From positions 544,001 to 608,000 of the forward strand of contig JBGANV010000002.1 of NCBI GenBank assembly GCA_044222185.1: DNA of 64,000 nt, written 5' to 3'. Every line of letters begins with the position of its first letter. Position 1 is the stretch's first letter. The notes below the pieces were generated by a model. It did no database searches and had not been told where the DNA came from. It worked only from the letters and a program-made list of their open reading frames with translations. Source of the stretch: Planctomycetota bacterium (GTDB lineage Bacteria > Planctomycetota > GCA-002687715 > CAIWVZ01). Made by a program: the position numbers and the translations under genes. Shown here in pieces: positions 18,144 to 27,935 of the stretch.

Positions 18144-21100
18144 ATGTCGTCATCCATGCCATTTCGCAACCTCGAGGAAACCGTGCGCTCGCACGGCGCA
18201 TTCGTGCGCAATCTCGCGCGGCGACTCGTCCTCGGCGACGACAAGGCCGGCGACCTGGAGCAGCAGACCTGGCTCGCGGCCATGGAGAGCCCGCCGCGCC
18301 GCGCCGGTGTGCGCGGCTGGCTCGCGACGGTCGTGCGGAATTTCGCGCGACGCGCGCATCGCGCGGAGGTGCGGCGCGAGCACCGCGAGAGCGTAGCGGC
18401 CCGGCCCGAGGCGATCTCGTCCGCGGCGGACGTGGTGCAGCGGCAGGCCGTCATCCGACAGGTGATCGACGCCGTGTTCGCGCTGGAGGAGCCCTATCGC
18501 TCGACGCTCCTTCTACATTTCTACGAGAACCTGCAGCCGGCCGAGATCGCGGAGCAACTCGGCGTTCCGGCAGCCACCGTGCGCACGCGTTTGAAGCGCG
18601 GGCTCGACCAGCTACGCGACTGGTTCGACGCACGACACGGCGGCGATCGCGATCAGTGGACGATGGCGCTGATGCCCGTGGCACTTGGCGCGCTCAAGCC
18701 CGTCGTCGCGGCAGCCGCTGCGGCGGGCGCAGGCGCGGCACTCACCACGGCGGCGGCGTCAACCACGCCAATCACGGCACTCGGAGGCATCATCGTGGCG
18801 AAGAAGATCGGGATCGCGCTGGGCGCGTGTTGCGTGCTGGCCGTTTCAGTCATCGTGTGGAAGCAGATCGTGGTTGCCCCGGATCCCGTCGATCCGGGCA
18901 CCGTTTCGGTCCGCGAGGTTCCCTCGACGGAGCGCACGGCGTTCAACGACGGCGGGAAACCGGTGACGCCCATCGATGGCGCGAAGGTGACGGCCAAGCC
19001 ATTCGTCCCGACCGGCGATGAGATGACGCCCAGCGCCATGGCGATCGCGGCCGGCAAGCCCACGGCCCGCATCACCGGGCGCGTCGTCGATGAAGAGGGC
19101 CGGCCCGTGGCGGATGCGGCGGTCACGATGGACCTCTCGGAGAGCCGGTCGGGCGTGGATGCCGTGGTCGAGAACGTCGTCGAGGGCGGTGACAATCGCA
19201 CGACGCGGACGACGACGGACGGGCGCTTCCACTTCGCCGGAGTCCCCGTGGACTTCGACGCGAGCGTCCATGTGAAGCCGACGACGCTTTGTGACGCCAA
19301 CCGGACGGTGCCGGTGACCAAGCCCGTCGACGTGGACATGGGCGACCTCGTCGCAAAGCGCGGCGGGACGCTCGCGGGCCAGGTCCTCGGTCCGACGGGC
19401 GCACCGATCAAGGGCGCCAAGGTCCGCGCCTGGACGCCCGCCAAGAGCGGCAGCCCTGGGATCATGATCTTCGGTGGAGGATTCCCGGGCGGCGGCGAGG
19501 GCCGCAGCACCGTCACGGATGCAGATGGCCGTTATCGGATCGAAGGGATTGCGGAAGGCCCGTGCTCGGCCGCCGCCAGCGCCGAAGACTGCCAGGTCCT
19601 CACTCGCACCGGGCTTCGCGTGACGAAAGGCCAGGTGACGTGGGAGGCCGACTTCAAGCTCGCGGCCGGCACCGTCATCGAAGGCGTGGTGCGCAACCCC
19701 GACGGCAAGCCCGTGGCCGGAGCGCGCGTCAGCGCCCGGCCGGCGGCGCTCACCATCGGAGTGGATCGCGGCGGGCTGAGCGGCGAACGCCGCGAGGTCG
19801 TCACGGGCGCCGACGGGCGATTCGTCGTTCGCGGACTGAGTGACGAACCCCAGGCCGTTCGCGCCCGCGTTCCAGGTTTCCTTCCCGGCGACGCCGCATC
19901 CGTCCCGCCTGGGACGACGGATCTGGTGTTGGCGCTGCGCCCGAGCGCGCTCGTCTGGGGAATCCTCGCCGACTCGACCAATGGCAGGCCAGTCGCCGAC
20001 TTCACTGCCAGCACGGGAACGATGTTCTTCGGGCCGAACGGCGGACCGGGAACCCGCGTGTGGAAGGGCGCCGAGGCCGCTCAGGCGGCGAACGTCGCCG
20101 ACCAGCCCGGCCTCTTTGCGGTCACGGACGTCCCGGAATCGGGCATGACTCTGCGCTTCGTCGCCAAGGGCTACGGCACGACGTCGTTCGAGACCAAGCC
20201 GACGCCCGGCGAGAAGATCGAGATCAAGCCGCGCCTCATCCCCGAGTGCGTGGTCAGCGGGCTCGTCGTCGACCCGAGCGGCAACCCGGTGGCGGGAGCC
20301 CGCGTCGTCGTCGCGACCCTGAAGCCCGAGCGTGACGAGGCTCGCGATGCAGGTCCGACGGGCGTGCGGGTCGCGCGTCGCGTCGTGCGCCGGGAAGTCG
20401 TCGCGGGTTCCCCGGGCGGCGGCGGACTCAAGATCGAGGAAACGCCGTCGAATGGGAGCGCCGAGACGGGCCCCGATGGCAGCTTCAGGATCGGTGGTCT
20501 GCGGGAAGGCGAATTCACGATCGTTGCCATGCATCGCGAGTACGCCGACGTCAAAGGCGACAACATCACGCTGAAGCCCGGCGCGCCGCTCGAGAATCTC
20601 AAGCTGTCGTTGATGCCTGCAGGGAAGCTCGCGGGTACCGCACTCGACGCGGACGGTCGGCCGCTGGCCGGCGCCAAGGTGTATGCGGAGCGCCAGACGG
20701 AGGGCGGCGCGAACGGACCAGGCAACGAGTTCGACTTCGGCAGTGATCTGCGGCAGACCGCAGTCGCCGACGCCCGCGGGCACTACGAGATCACGGCGCT
20801 CATGCCAGGCGACTACCGTGCGGGCATCGTCGAGCGGCCACGGGGCGGCGGCATGGTCATGTTCATGGGCAACGGCAGTCGGGACGGCGCGAAGACCGGC
20901 ACGGAAGTGAAGATCGAGGCGGGCAAGACGACGACGCAGGATCTGCGGCAGGCGCCCAAGGGCGGCCTCGCCGGAGTGATCCGCGAAGCCGGCAAGCCGG
21001 CCGTCGGCGTGAAGGTCTCACTGGCTCAGGACGGCCTCGGCGGCTTCGTCTTCGGCGGCGGAATGAGCACGACCACGGACGACGCCGGCGCCTACTCGTT

Positions 21101-21833
21101 CGAGGGCGTCGACCCCGGCAACTACGACCTCAGCGTGGATCCTCCGGGAGCGGCGCAGCCGATCGCGCGCCCCACGACCATCGCCATGCGACAGGAAACG
21201 CGCCTCGACGTGGATCTGCCCACGGGATCCATCGAGGGCGTCATCGTCGACAAGAACACCCGCAAGCCGGTCGCGGGCCTCGAAGTGAAGGCACAACCCG
21301 CGAGCAAGCCGGGCGAGCAGACACGAACCGTGCGCGCGTTCGCCGTCAGCATCGCCAACAACGGCGACGAGCCGCAGTCGATCACGTTCGGCAGCGACAA
21401 CTCGAGCGTCCGGACGGACGAGGCCGGGCACTTCGTGCTGAAGTACCTGGAGGCGAAGGACTACGTCGTCTCCGCCGAAGGCAACGGGTACATGAAGACG
21501 TCGAAGGACTCGGTCACGGTGGAGGAGGGGAAGGCCACCAAGGGCGTGAACCTCGACACGGAGAAGGGGGCGACGATCATCGTGACGCCCGACCTCGGCG
21601 GCAAGACGGCGTCGTTCTTCCTCGGAGAGTTGTCCCTCGTCGATGCGAAGGATGAGGAGTCGAAGCACGAGAGCGGCAGCCCCCGCAAGCCCATCAAGTT
21701 CACGGGGCTGAAGGCGGGCCGGTATCGCATCCGCGTTCACGTGCCGCAGGATGGTGACGAAGAGCTGTCCGGCGAGACCACGATCGACGTGGCTCCGGGC
21801 GCAGAGATGAAGGTGCCACTCCGATTGAACTGA
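18144..21833 (+). CDS. ECF sigma-70 factor fused to a TM segment and multiple carboxypeptidase-regulatory-like beta-sandwich repeats
   Basis: Region 2 (DLEQQTWL, GWLATVVRN) and region 4 (LEEPYRSTLLLHFYENL...EIAEQLGVPAATVRTRLKRG), a TM near aa 222-240, then repeated G.V.D..G.PVAGA.V...T..DGRF units. Confidence 0.9.
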   Translation: MSSSMPFRNLEETVRSHGAFVRNLARRLVLGDDKAGDLEQQTWLAAMESPPRRAGVRGWLATVVRNFARRAHRAEVRREHRESVAARPEAISSAADVVQRQAVIRQVIDAVFALEEPYRSTLLLHFYENLQPAEIAEQLGVPAATVRTRLKRGLDQLRDWFDARHGGDRDQWTMALMPVALGALKPVVAAAAAAGAGAALTTAAASTTPITALGGIIVAKKIGIALGACCVLAVSVIVWKQIVVAPDPVDPGTVSVREVPSTERTAFNDGGKPVTPIDGAKVTAKPFVPTGDEMTPSAMAIAAGKPTARITGRVVDEEGRPVADAAVTMDLSESRSGVDAVVENVVEGGDNRTTRTTTDGRFHFAGVPVDFDASVHVKPTTLCDANRTVPVTKPVDVDMGDLVAKRGGTLAGQVLGPTGAPIKGAKVRAWTPAKSGSPGIMIFGGGFPGGGEGRSTVTDADGRYRIEGIAEGPCSAAASAEDCQVLTRTGLRVTKGQVTWEADFKLAAGTVIEGVVRNPDGKPVAGARVSARPAALTIGVDRGGLSGERREVVTGADGRFVVRGLSDEPQAVRARVPGFLPGDAASVPPGTTDLVLALRPSALVWGILADSTNGRPVADFTASTGTMFFGPNGGPGTRVWKGAEAAQAANVADQPGLFAVTDVPESGMTLRFVAKGYGTTSFETKPTPGEKIEIKPRLIPECVVSGLVVDPSGNPVAGARVVVATLKPERDEARDAGPTGVRVARRVVRREVVAGSPGGGGLKIEETPSNGSAETGPDGSFRIGGLREGEFTIVAMHREYADVKGDNITLKPGAPLENLKLSLMPAGKLAGTALDADGRPLAGAKVYAERQTEGGANGPGNEFDFGSDLRQTAVADARGHYEITALMPGDYRAGIVERPRGGGMVMFMGNGSRDGAKTGTEVKIEAGKTTTQDLRQAPKGGLAGVIREAGKPAVGVKVSLAQDGLGGFVFGGGMSTTTDDAGAYSFEGVDPGNYDLSVDPPGAAQPIARPTTIAMRQETRLDVDLPTGSIEGVIVDKNTRKPVAGLEVKAQPASKPGEQTRTVRAFAVSIANNGDEPQSITFGSDNSSVRTDEAGHFVLKYLEAKDYVVSAEGNGYMKTSKDSVTVEEGKATKGVNLDTEKGATIIVTPDLGGKTASFFLGELSLVDAKDEESKHESGSPRKPIKFTGLKAGRYRIRVHVPQDGDEELSGETTIDVAPGAEMKVPLRLN

Positions 21834-21843
21834 GAGATCGCGC

Positions 21844-22788
21844 TCAGTGTTCCGCGCAGCGGTTCACTTCCACGGTCACGTGGGTGAGCTCGTGGATGCC
21901 GGCCAGGCTCTCGCGGACGCGCTCGGGTTCGATCGCCTCGTGAGCGACCAGTGAGAGCTGGCACGCGAGCTGGCCCGGGCCGAACTCCCAGATGTGGACG
22001 TCGGCCACGTCCGCGTCCCAGCTCTGGCTGATCGTTTCCCGCACGGCCGACTCCACGCCGCAACTCGGGGTGAAGTCCAACAGCGTGCGGCTCGAATCGC
22101 GGATGAGGCCGATGGTCCACACGAGGACGAGCCCCATGCCCACGAGTCCGATCAGCGGATCGAGGAGCGTCCAGCCCATGGCGCGTCCGCCCCAGAGAGC
22201 GAGGATCGCGAGGACGCTCGTGCAGGCGTCGGCGACGACGTGGAGGAACGCCGCCCGATGGTTGTGGTCCCGTGCCGCATGCACGTGGCCGGTCGTGTGC
22301 GCGTGCCCGTGGTCCGCCTCGTGAGGCTCGTCGTCGCGAAGCAGCCACGCGCTCACGACGTTGACGAGGAGGCCGGCCACCGCCGTGGTCAGCGCCGCAT
22401 CGAATCCGATGGGGATGGGTCGGATCAGCCGCTCCACACTCTGCCAGCCCGTCGCGAGGGCGATGCCCCCAAGGATCAGCGCGGAGGTGTATCCGCCCAG
22501 CGCGTTGAGCTTCCCGGTCCCGAAGCTCATGCGGGACCGGAAGCGCGCACTGCGGCTCGCCACGTAGACGAGCCATGCCAGCGCCATCGCGACCGCGTGG
22601 GACGACATGTGCCAGCCGTCCGCGACGAGTGCCATGGAGCCCGTCGCATACCCGACCACCAGTTCGATGATCATCGTGACCACCGTTAGGATCAGCACCC
22701 AGCGCGTCGCACGTTCGCGTCCGGGAGCGTGGCTCGTGTGCGTGTCGTGGAGTCGACTCCACCGCTCGGTCTGCGTCGGGTGCTTCAC
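21844..22788 (-). CDS. dmeF: CDF family Co/Ni efflux transporter (DmeF-like)
   Basis: SMALVADGWHMSSH, FGTGKL..LGGYTSA, His-rich loop, DHNHRAAFLHVVADA, C-terminal HVTVEVN. Confidence 0.88.
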   Translation of the reverse strand: MKHPTQTERWSRLHDTHTSHAPGRERATRWVLILTVVTMIIELVVGYATGSMALVADGWHMSSHAVAMALAWLVYVASRSARFRSRMSFGTGKLNALGGYTSALILGGIALATGWQSVERLIRPIPIGFDAALTTAVAGLLVNVVSAWLLRDDEPHEADHGHAHTTGHVHAARDHNHRAAFLHVVADACTSVLAILALWGGRAMGWTLLDPLIGLVGMGLVLVWTIGLIRDSSRTLLDFTPSCGVESAVRETISQSWDADVADVHIWEFGPGQLACQLSLVAHEAIEPERVRESLAGIHELTHVTVEVNRCAEH

Positions 22789-22891
22789 GGTCTAGGCTTC
22801 GTCAGGGAACGGTGCGGCGCATGATAGCGGGGTGAGAACACTTCGCGTGTGACGGAGCGCGGGGTTTGATCCACGGAACAGTCCAAAACCG

Positions 22892-23704
22892 ATGCGGCTG
22901 AAGATCAATGACCTGGGGCTCTCCATTCTGGCCGAGGTCGGCGGGTTGGAGGACCTGCACTTCGGCTGGTTCGAGCCGGACGAACCGGCCACGCTCGACG
23001 CGTTGCGGGTGGCGCAGAAGCGATACACGCACAAGCTCCTCGATCAGATCCCATTGACCCGAGGCCGGGTTCTGGACGTGGGGTGCGGGACCGGAATCAT
23101 CACTGAGGAGTTGCGCCGGCGTGGCTTCGATGCCGAAGGGCTCGGCCCCAATCCGGACCTCATCGCGCGCGCGCGGGCCCGGCTCGGCCCTGGCGCTGTA
23201 CTCCACGAAACCACGCTCGAGAACTTCTCAGGAACTGGTCCGTACGACGTCATTCTGATGGCGGAGTCGGTCCAGTACCTCAATCGGGTGCGAGGACTCG
23301 CCAAGGCCGCCGCGCTACTGCGGCCCGGTGGCCATCTCGTTCTCGCAGACGTGTTTCGCGTGCGTGCCCTCGATCAACCGTGGCTGACGCGGGCCGGCCA
23401 TCGCCACGAGAATTTTCTCCGCACGGCCGCGGGTGCGGGGTTCCGCGTGGATTGTGACCAGGACATTACTTTCCAGGTCCTCCCGACTCTCACTCTCTAT
23501 CACGAGGTGCTCTCGCGGCGCGTGGTGCCCGCACTCGATCTCGTGGCCCGGGAGTTCCAGCGTTCCGCACCATTCATCACGAGGCTGGTCCGGCTCGTCA
23601 CGGGTTCCAAGCTGCGGTTGCTGCGCGAGCGCTACCTGCATCAGGATCCGGAGACGTTCCAGCGCTACCGGACCTATCGCCTGATGCGTCTCACGCGCGG
23701 GTGA
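22892..23704 (+). CDS. Class I SAM-dependent methyltransferase
   Basis: LHFGWF motif, VLDVGCGTG, ESVQYL, LRPGGHLVLAD. Confidence 0.88.
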   Translation: MRLKINDLGLSILAEVGGLEDLHFGWFEPDEPATLDALRVAQKRYTHKLLDQIPLTRGRVLDVGCGTGIITEELRRRGFDAEGLGPNPDLIARARARLGPGAVLHETTLENFSGTGPYDVILMAESVQYLNRVRGLAKAAALLRPGGHLVLADVFRVRALDQPWLTRAGHRHENFLRTAAGAGFRVDCDQDITFQVLPTLTLYHEVLSRRVVPALDLVAREFQRSAPFITRLVRLVTGSKLRLLRERYLHQDPETFQRYRTYRLMRLTRG

Positions 23705-24040
23705 AAGGAATGACCGCGAGGGAGTAATGGAGCCTGCCGCCCGTCTTGGGTGGTTGTTCTCCGCGTCGGCAGGTGCTCACCGAAAAAAGTGGACAAAGGA
23801 ATGTCCCTCGGCGATCACGAATCGACGTCGAGCCTTCTCGTCCGTCTGTAACGGTGAAGCCTCGACCCGAAGCATCGAGTGCGGACGGCGGCAGAGGCCG
23901 ATCACGCAACGAACGTCCGATCTGGAACGTCTCACGAAACAACGTGGGCTTCGGGATCACCCGAAGCCCATCGAACGAACACGCAGCTCCTGTGGCCCCC
24001 TTGACGGTTTTTTTTCCAACGCTTCACCTTACGTCTCGAC

Positions 24041-24218
24041 ACGGGTCCTGGGGCTGCGCAAACAGCGGCCGTACTCTACAGGCCTTGGGCGCGCGGTGTG
24101 GAATGTCGCGGTGACATTTTTTGCCGGCCCCTGACCTGGAACAGGCACAGCCAGATTCGCACCGATCGGCGGCCCGGGACCTTGACCCGGGCCGCCGATC
24201 AGCGTTTGCTGGGCCCGT
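24041..24218 (+). ncRNA. Candidate structured ncRNA (about 178 nt; 6S-like or leader)
   Basis: Nested complementarity seen by eye: ACGGGTCC/GGGCCCGT, GCAAAC/GTTTGC, CAGG/CCTG, GGGC/GCCC, AATGTCGC/GTGACATT, plus a perfect 15-bp hairpin at 24164-24200. TTGACG lies at 24001. Confidence 0.35.
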
Positions 24219-24227
24219 ACCGCGGCC

Positions 24228-25616
24228 ATGGCACGACCCAAATCCAGGACTGACGAGCGGATAGACCCACGGATCCCGGCCCCGGAAGGCGTTCGAAGGA
24301 TTGCGCGGGCGCACCTTCAGGCGGCGGATCGCGCCATGGACCGCCTGGCGGCCGGCGACGACCCCGAGGCGCTGCACGACGCGCGAGTCGCGGTCCGGCG
24401 GCTTCGAACCTGGCTTCGGGCCTTCCGCGACCATTCCCGGGACACCGTGAAAAAGCGTCAGTTGCGCGCGCTCGGAGACTGGATGGACCGGACGAACGCC
24501 GGGCGGGACGCCGAGGTCCACCTCATGCTGGCGCGGCGGCTGTTGCGGTTCGCCCCTCCCCGATCGCGTGCCGCCATGACGGGTTTCCTCGGCATGCTCC
24601 AACAGCAGGTCGTCGACGCGCGCCCGACGGGCGACGGGAACCTGAGCGCGCCGTGGCGCACGTTGCGCCTCCAGCTGCGCAAGGCGCTCGCGAAGTACCG
24701 GCGTGAGGTTCGCCTGGATGGTGACGTTCCGCCGACGGCGTTCGGGGCAGCCCATGGCGCGGCGATCCGCCGGGCAGCGGACGAGATGGCCGAATGCGCG
24801 GCGGAGGCGGGCGCGGCCGGCGGCGATGCGGCGCCCCTGCACGCCTTGAGGATCGCCGCCAAGCGTGCTCGATACGTGATCGAGCCGCTGCGGAACGAGC
24901 TCAAGTCGGCACGCTCGGCGATCCTCTCGCTCACGGAGCTGCAGGACGTCCTCGGCGAGACCCACGATCGCCAGCTGATGATCGCTCGATCGCTCCACGT
25001 CGATGCGCGCGCACTCGGCTGGCTTGCAACGCGGCTCCAGGCCGACGTGACGAAACGCACGGATGATCTCCGGACCACCTGGCTCGCGCGACGGATGCCG
25101 CGCCTCCTCGCGGCATTGCGGCGGATCGCCTCGGCGCGAGAGCAGGCGGGCCGCTCGGGCGTGGAGATCGAGCGGAAGTACCTCCTGAACGGCGTCCCGG
25201 ACGAGGTCGCGGGACGGGTGGTTCACCAGATCCGACAAGGCTGGCTGCCGGGGAAGATCCTGCGGGAGCGCCTCCGCGCCGTGAGGGCCGGCGACGGCCC
25301 GGAGCGGTTCTTCCGGACGGTGAAGGGCGGCGTGGGACTTTCCCGCATCGAACTGGAGGAAGAGGCCGACGCGGCCCTGTTCCGCCGCCTCTGGCCCCTC
25401 ACGCGCGGCCGGCGCGTCGTGAAGGACCGCATCCCGATCCCCGCGGGCGACTTCGTCTGGGAGATCGACGTGTTCCGCGATCGAGCGCTCGTTCTCGCGG
25501 AAGTCGAGCTGCCTTCGCCCGAAGTCGAGCCCGCGGTGCCGCCGTGGCTCGCGGGCCACGTCGTCCGCGACGTCACGGGCGATCCGCGGTATGCAAACAG
25601 CAATCTGGCCCGCTGA
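24228..25616 (+). CDS. CHAD-CYTH fusion protein (polyphosphate/triphosphate metabolism)
   Basis: CHAD motifs LHDARVAVRRLR, LHALRIAAKRARY, LQDVLGETHD. CYTH motifs EIERKYL, WEIDVF, LAEVEL, DVTGDPRYAN. Confidence 0.92.
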   Translation: MARPKSRTDERIDPRIPAPEGVRRIARAHLQAADRAMDRLAAGDDPEALHDARVAVRRLRTWLRAFRDHSRDTVKKRQLRALGDWMDRTNAGRDAEVHLMLARRLLRFAPPRSRAAMTGFLGMLQQQVVDARPTGDGNLSAPWRTLRLQLRKALAKYRREVRLDGDVPPTAFGAAHGAAIRRAADEMAECAAEAGAAGGDAAPLHALRIAAKRARYVIEPLRNELKSARSAILSLTELQDVLGETHDRQLMIARSLHVDARALGWLATRLQADVTKRTDDLRTTWLARRMPRLLAALRRIASAREQAGRSGVEIERKYLLNGVPDEVAGRVVHQIRQGWLPGKILRERLRAVRAGDGPERFFRTVKGGVGLSRIELEEEADAALFRRLWPLTRGRRVVKDRIPIPAGDFVWEIDVFRDRALVLAEVELPSPEVEPAVPPWLAGHVVRDVTGDPRYANSNLAR

Positions 25617-25667
25617 CGATCCGCGCTTGTCCGGCCAGGGGTCGATCACTACGCTTCCCCCCGGCGC

Positions 25668-26840
25668 ATGCGGGACTTGGATTTCGTCTACATCGATCGC
25701 CCCGAGCAGTTTCGGGAGGCCCTTCGCGAGCTGGAGGCTGCCCCGGCGCTCGGCATCGACACGGAGGCTGACAGCCTCTATCGCTATCGGGAGCGCGTCT
25801 GCTTCCTGCAGATCGGCATCGGCGAGCGGGCGTTCCTCATCGACACGCTCGCGGTCCGCGAGCTGGACGGGCTGCGGCCCATCTTCGAAAGTCCCGACCG
25901 GGTGAAGATCTTCCACGGCGCCGACTACGACGTGGCGTCCTTGTTCCGCGACTTCGGGTTCACGTTCACGAACGTATTCGACACCATGCTGGCGGCCCAG
26001 ATCCTGGGGCGCGAGCAGCTCGGGCTCGCGGCGCTCGTGCGCGAGTTCTTCGGTGTCGATCTGGACAAGTCCCTCACGAGGCATGACTGGGGCCGTCGTC
26101 CGCTGGACCCGCCCTACATCCGCTACCTGGCGGAAGACGTGATCTTCCTCGCCGAACTCCGCCGCAATCTCACGCGCGAACTGCGCGCCCACGACGTCGA
26201 GGAGGAGGCATCCATCGAATTTGGCCGCGTGGCGCGTCTGGCGACGCCGCGGGAGCCATTCGATCCGGAGGGCTTCCGCGACATCAAGGGTGCGCGGGAT
26301 CTGGATCACGACGGGCTTTCCATTCTCCGCGAGCTCTACCTCCTGCGTGATCGACTCGCGCGTGAGGCCGACCGTCCTCCGTTCAAGGTGCTGCTGAACC
26401 AGACGATGATCGACGCGGCAGCGCGAAAACCCCGGGACCTCTCCGAGTTGCGGCGGATCCCCGGGTTCAACGACTCCGTCGTGCGGCGCGTGGGGGACCT
26501 GGTGCTTCGCGCGATAGCCGACGGGCTGCGCAACCGTGCAGGTCTCGTGTTCCGGTTGCCGCGACAGGGGCAGCGACCGCCGGACGAGCAGCTCGCCTGC
26601 GGCGAGGCCCTGAAGGAGTGGCGACGCGCCACCGCCGAGCGCGACCGTCGAACGACGCTGGCGGTCCTGCCGAACCACCTGATCGCCCGGTTGGCGGAAA
26701 TCCGCCCGATGACGCGCGAGCAGCTCGCGGCGGTGCCCCACCTGGGCGCGCGCAGGGTCGAGCGGTACGGGGACGAGATCCTCGCCGTCGTCGCCAACCC
26801 GGGAAAGCCGCGTCATCCGCGGTCAGGCCGGCGGCGATAG
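25668..26840 (+). CDS. rnd: Ribonuclease D with HRDC domains
   Basis: DEDDy motifs GIDTE, FHGADYD, FDTMLA, YLAEDV, followed by two HRDC-like domains. Confidence 0.92.
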   Translation: MRDLDFVYIDRPEQFREALRELEAAPALGIDTEADSLYRYRERVCFLQIGIGERAFLIDTLAVRELDGLRPIFESPDRVKIFHGADYDVASLFRDFGFTFTNVFDTMLAAQILGREQLGLAALVREFFGVDLDKSLTRHDWGRRPLDPPYIRYLAEDVIFLAELRRNLTRELRAHDVEEEASIEFGRVARLATPREPFDPEGFRDIKGARDLDHDGLSILRELYLLRDRLAREADRPPFKVLLNQTMIDAAARKPRDLSELRRIPGFNDSVVRRVGDLVLRAIADGLRNRAGLVFRLPRQGQRPPDEQLACGEALKEWRRATAERDRRTTLAVLPNHLIARLAEIRPMTREQLAAVPHLGARRVERYGDEILAVVANPGKPRHPRSGRRR

Positions 26841-27014
26841 CCGCGGACCCCCGGCGATCGGGGATTTCGGCGGGGGTTCCTCGAGCCCGCGCCCCGACGC
26901 CCCGCCGGCGCGAGGTTTTTCCGACGCCCCGGTAATGCTTTGCACCGCTGGCACACGGTGTTGGTGCCAGACGACTGCATGACGCGGTCGCAGAAGAAGA
27001 CAAAGGAGCTCGCC

Positions 27015-27491
27015 ATGATCCGCAACACCCTCGTCGTCGCGTCCTTGATGCTCGCCCTCGTCGCCGTTCCCGCCGCAGCCCAGACCGTCGAAGCCGGTGG
27101 CATGCCGGGCTGCCATCTGGTCGACCTGACCCCGACAGACAGCTTCACGCTGGGCACGACCTCGATCTTCCAGATCCAGGCCGGCGCGGTCGGGATCGAA
27201 GGCTACTTCTGCACCGTGTGGCAGGAGTACGCGCCGTGGGACAACGTCCCCCACGCCATGGCCGGCATCGGCGGGGAGCTCCTGATCAACCAGAACCGGA
27301 ACTTCCGGATCTTCTCCGAGGGCGGCCCGCTCACCGGGGGCCTCTTCCCGGGTCAGTCGGTCGTGATGTCGTACACCTTCCCCCAGGACCCGTCGCTGAT
27401 CGGTGTGCAGTTCGTCGTCCAGGCCTACGTGACCAACGAAACCCGCACGACGCACAACTTCACGAACGCACTCGTCGGCACCGTGAAGTGA
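27015..27491 (+). CDS. Small secreted protein consisting mostly of the shared C-terminal domain
   Basis: AAGGAG RBS, signal peptide (...VPAAA-Q), C-terminus FPQDPSLIGVQFVVQAY...TNALVGTVK. Confidence 0.8.
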   Translation: MIRNTLVVASLMLALVAVPAAAQTVEAGGMPGCHLVDLTPTDSFTLGTTSIFQIQAGAVGIEGYFCTVWQEYAPWDNVPHAMAGIGGELLINQNRNFRIFSEGGPLTGGLFPGQSVVMSYTFPQDPSLIGVQFVVQAYVTNETRTTHNFTNALVGTVK

Positions 27492-27516
27492 TCGAAGATC
27501 GGGTCGACCGGTCGGC

Positions 27517-27551
27517 AGGCCTCCGCCCAGGCGGGGGCCTCGCTTCGTTTT
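27517..27551 (+). terminator. Putative intrinsic terminator
   Basis: Stem AGGCCTCCGC/GCGGGGGCCT followed by CGCTTCGTTTT, just downstream of the 27491 stop. Confidence 0.55.
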
Positions 27552-27935
27552 GCGGGCCAGTGGGCGTAGCTCCGCCCCTCCGGCCTACGCAGCCCTGCCC
27601 CCCGAGTGCTTCGCCGCATGTCGCGGTCCGCAAGCGACCACGCCGAGGCATGATCGGTTCGCTGCCGCTCCCGCGGCATCTCCCGCGCTTCGTCACCCCC
27701 TCGCTGCGCAGGAGTGCGATGCTCCCTCGACCGACCGAGAGTCCTGCCCGAAAGGGCGCCGTTCTGGATTCTCGTCGGGTGGCCGTACGATCCGGCCTAT
27801 GCCGTGTCGGCGGTCACGCCGGGTGGAGCATCGCTCTCGCGCGCAGCGGAACCTCGCGTGACCCCGGGCGTCTGAGGGCGGTCGCCGGCGGTGTCGGGTC
27901 ACCGATTCGGGCCGGCGCTGCCACGGAGCCCTCGC

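Noticed and set aside
24110-24150. SRP RNA (minus strand CCAGGTCAGG resembles ffs)
   Set aside because: The following conserved GGAAGGAAGCAGC-type loop motif is absent.
26949-26965. Sigma-54 promoter (TGGCAC...)
   Set aside because: No TTGC at the required -12 spacing; kept only as a dyad.
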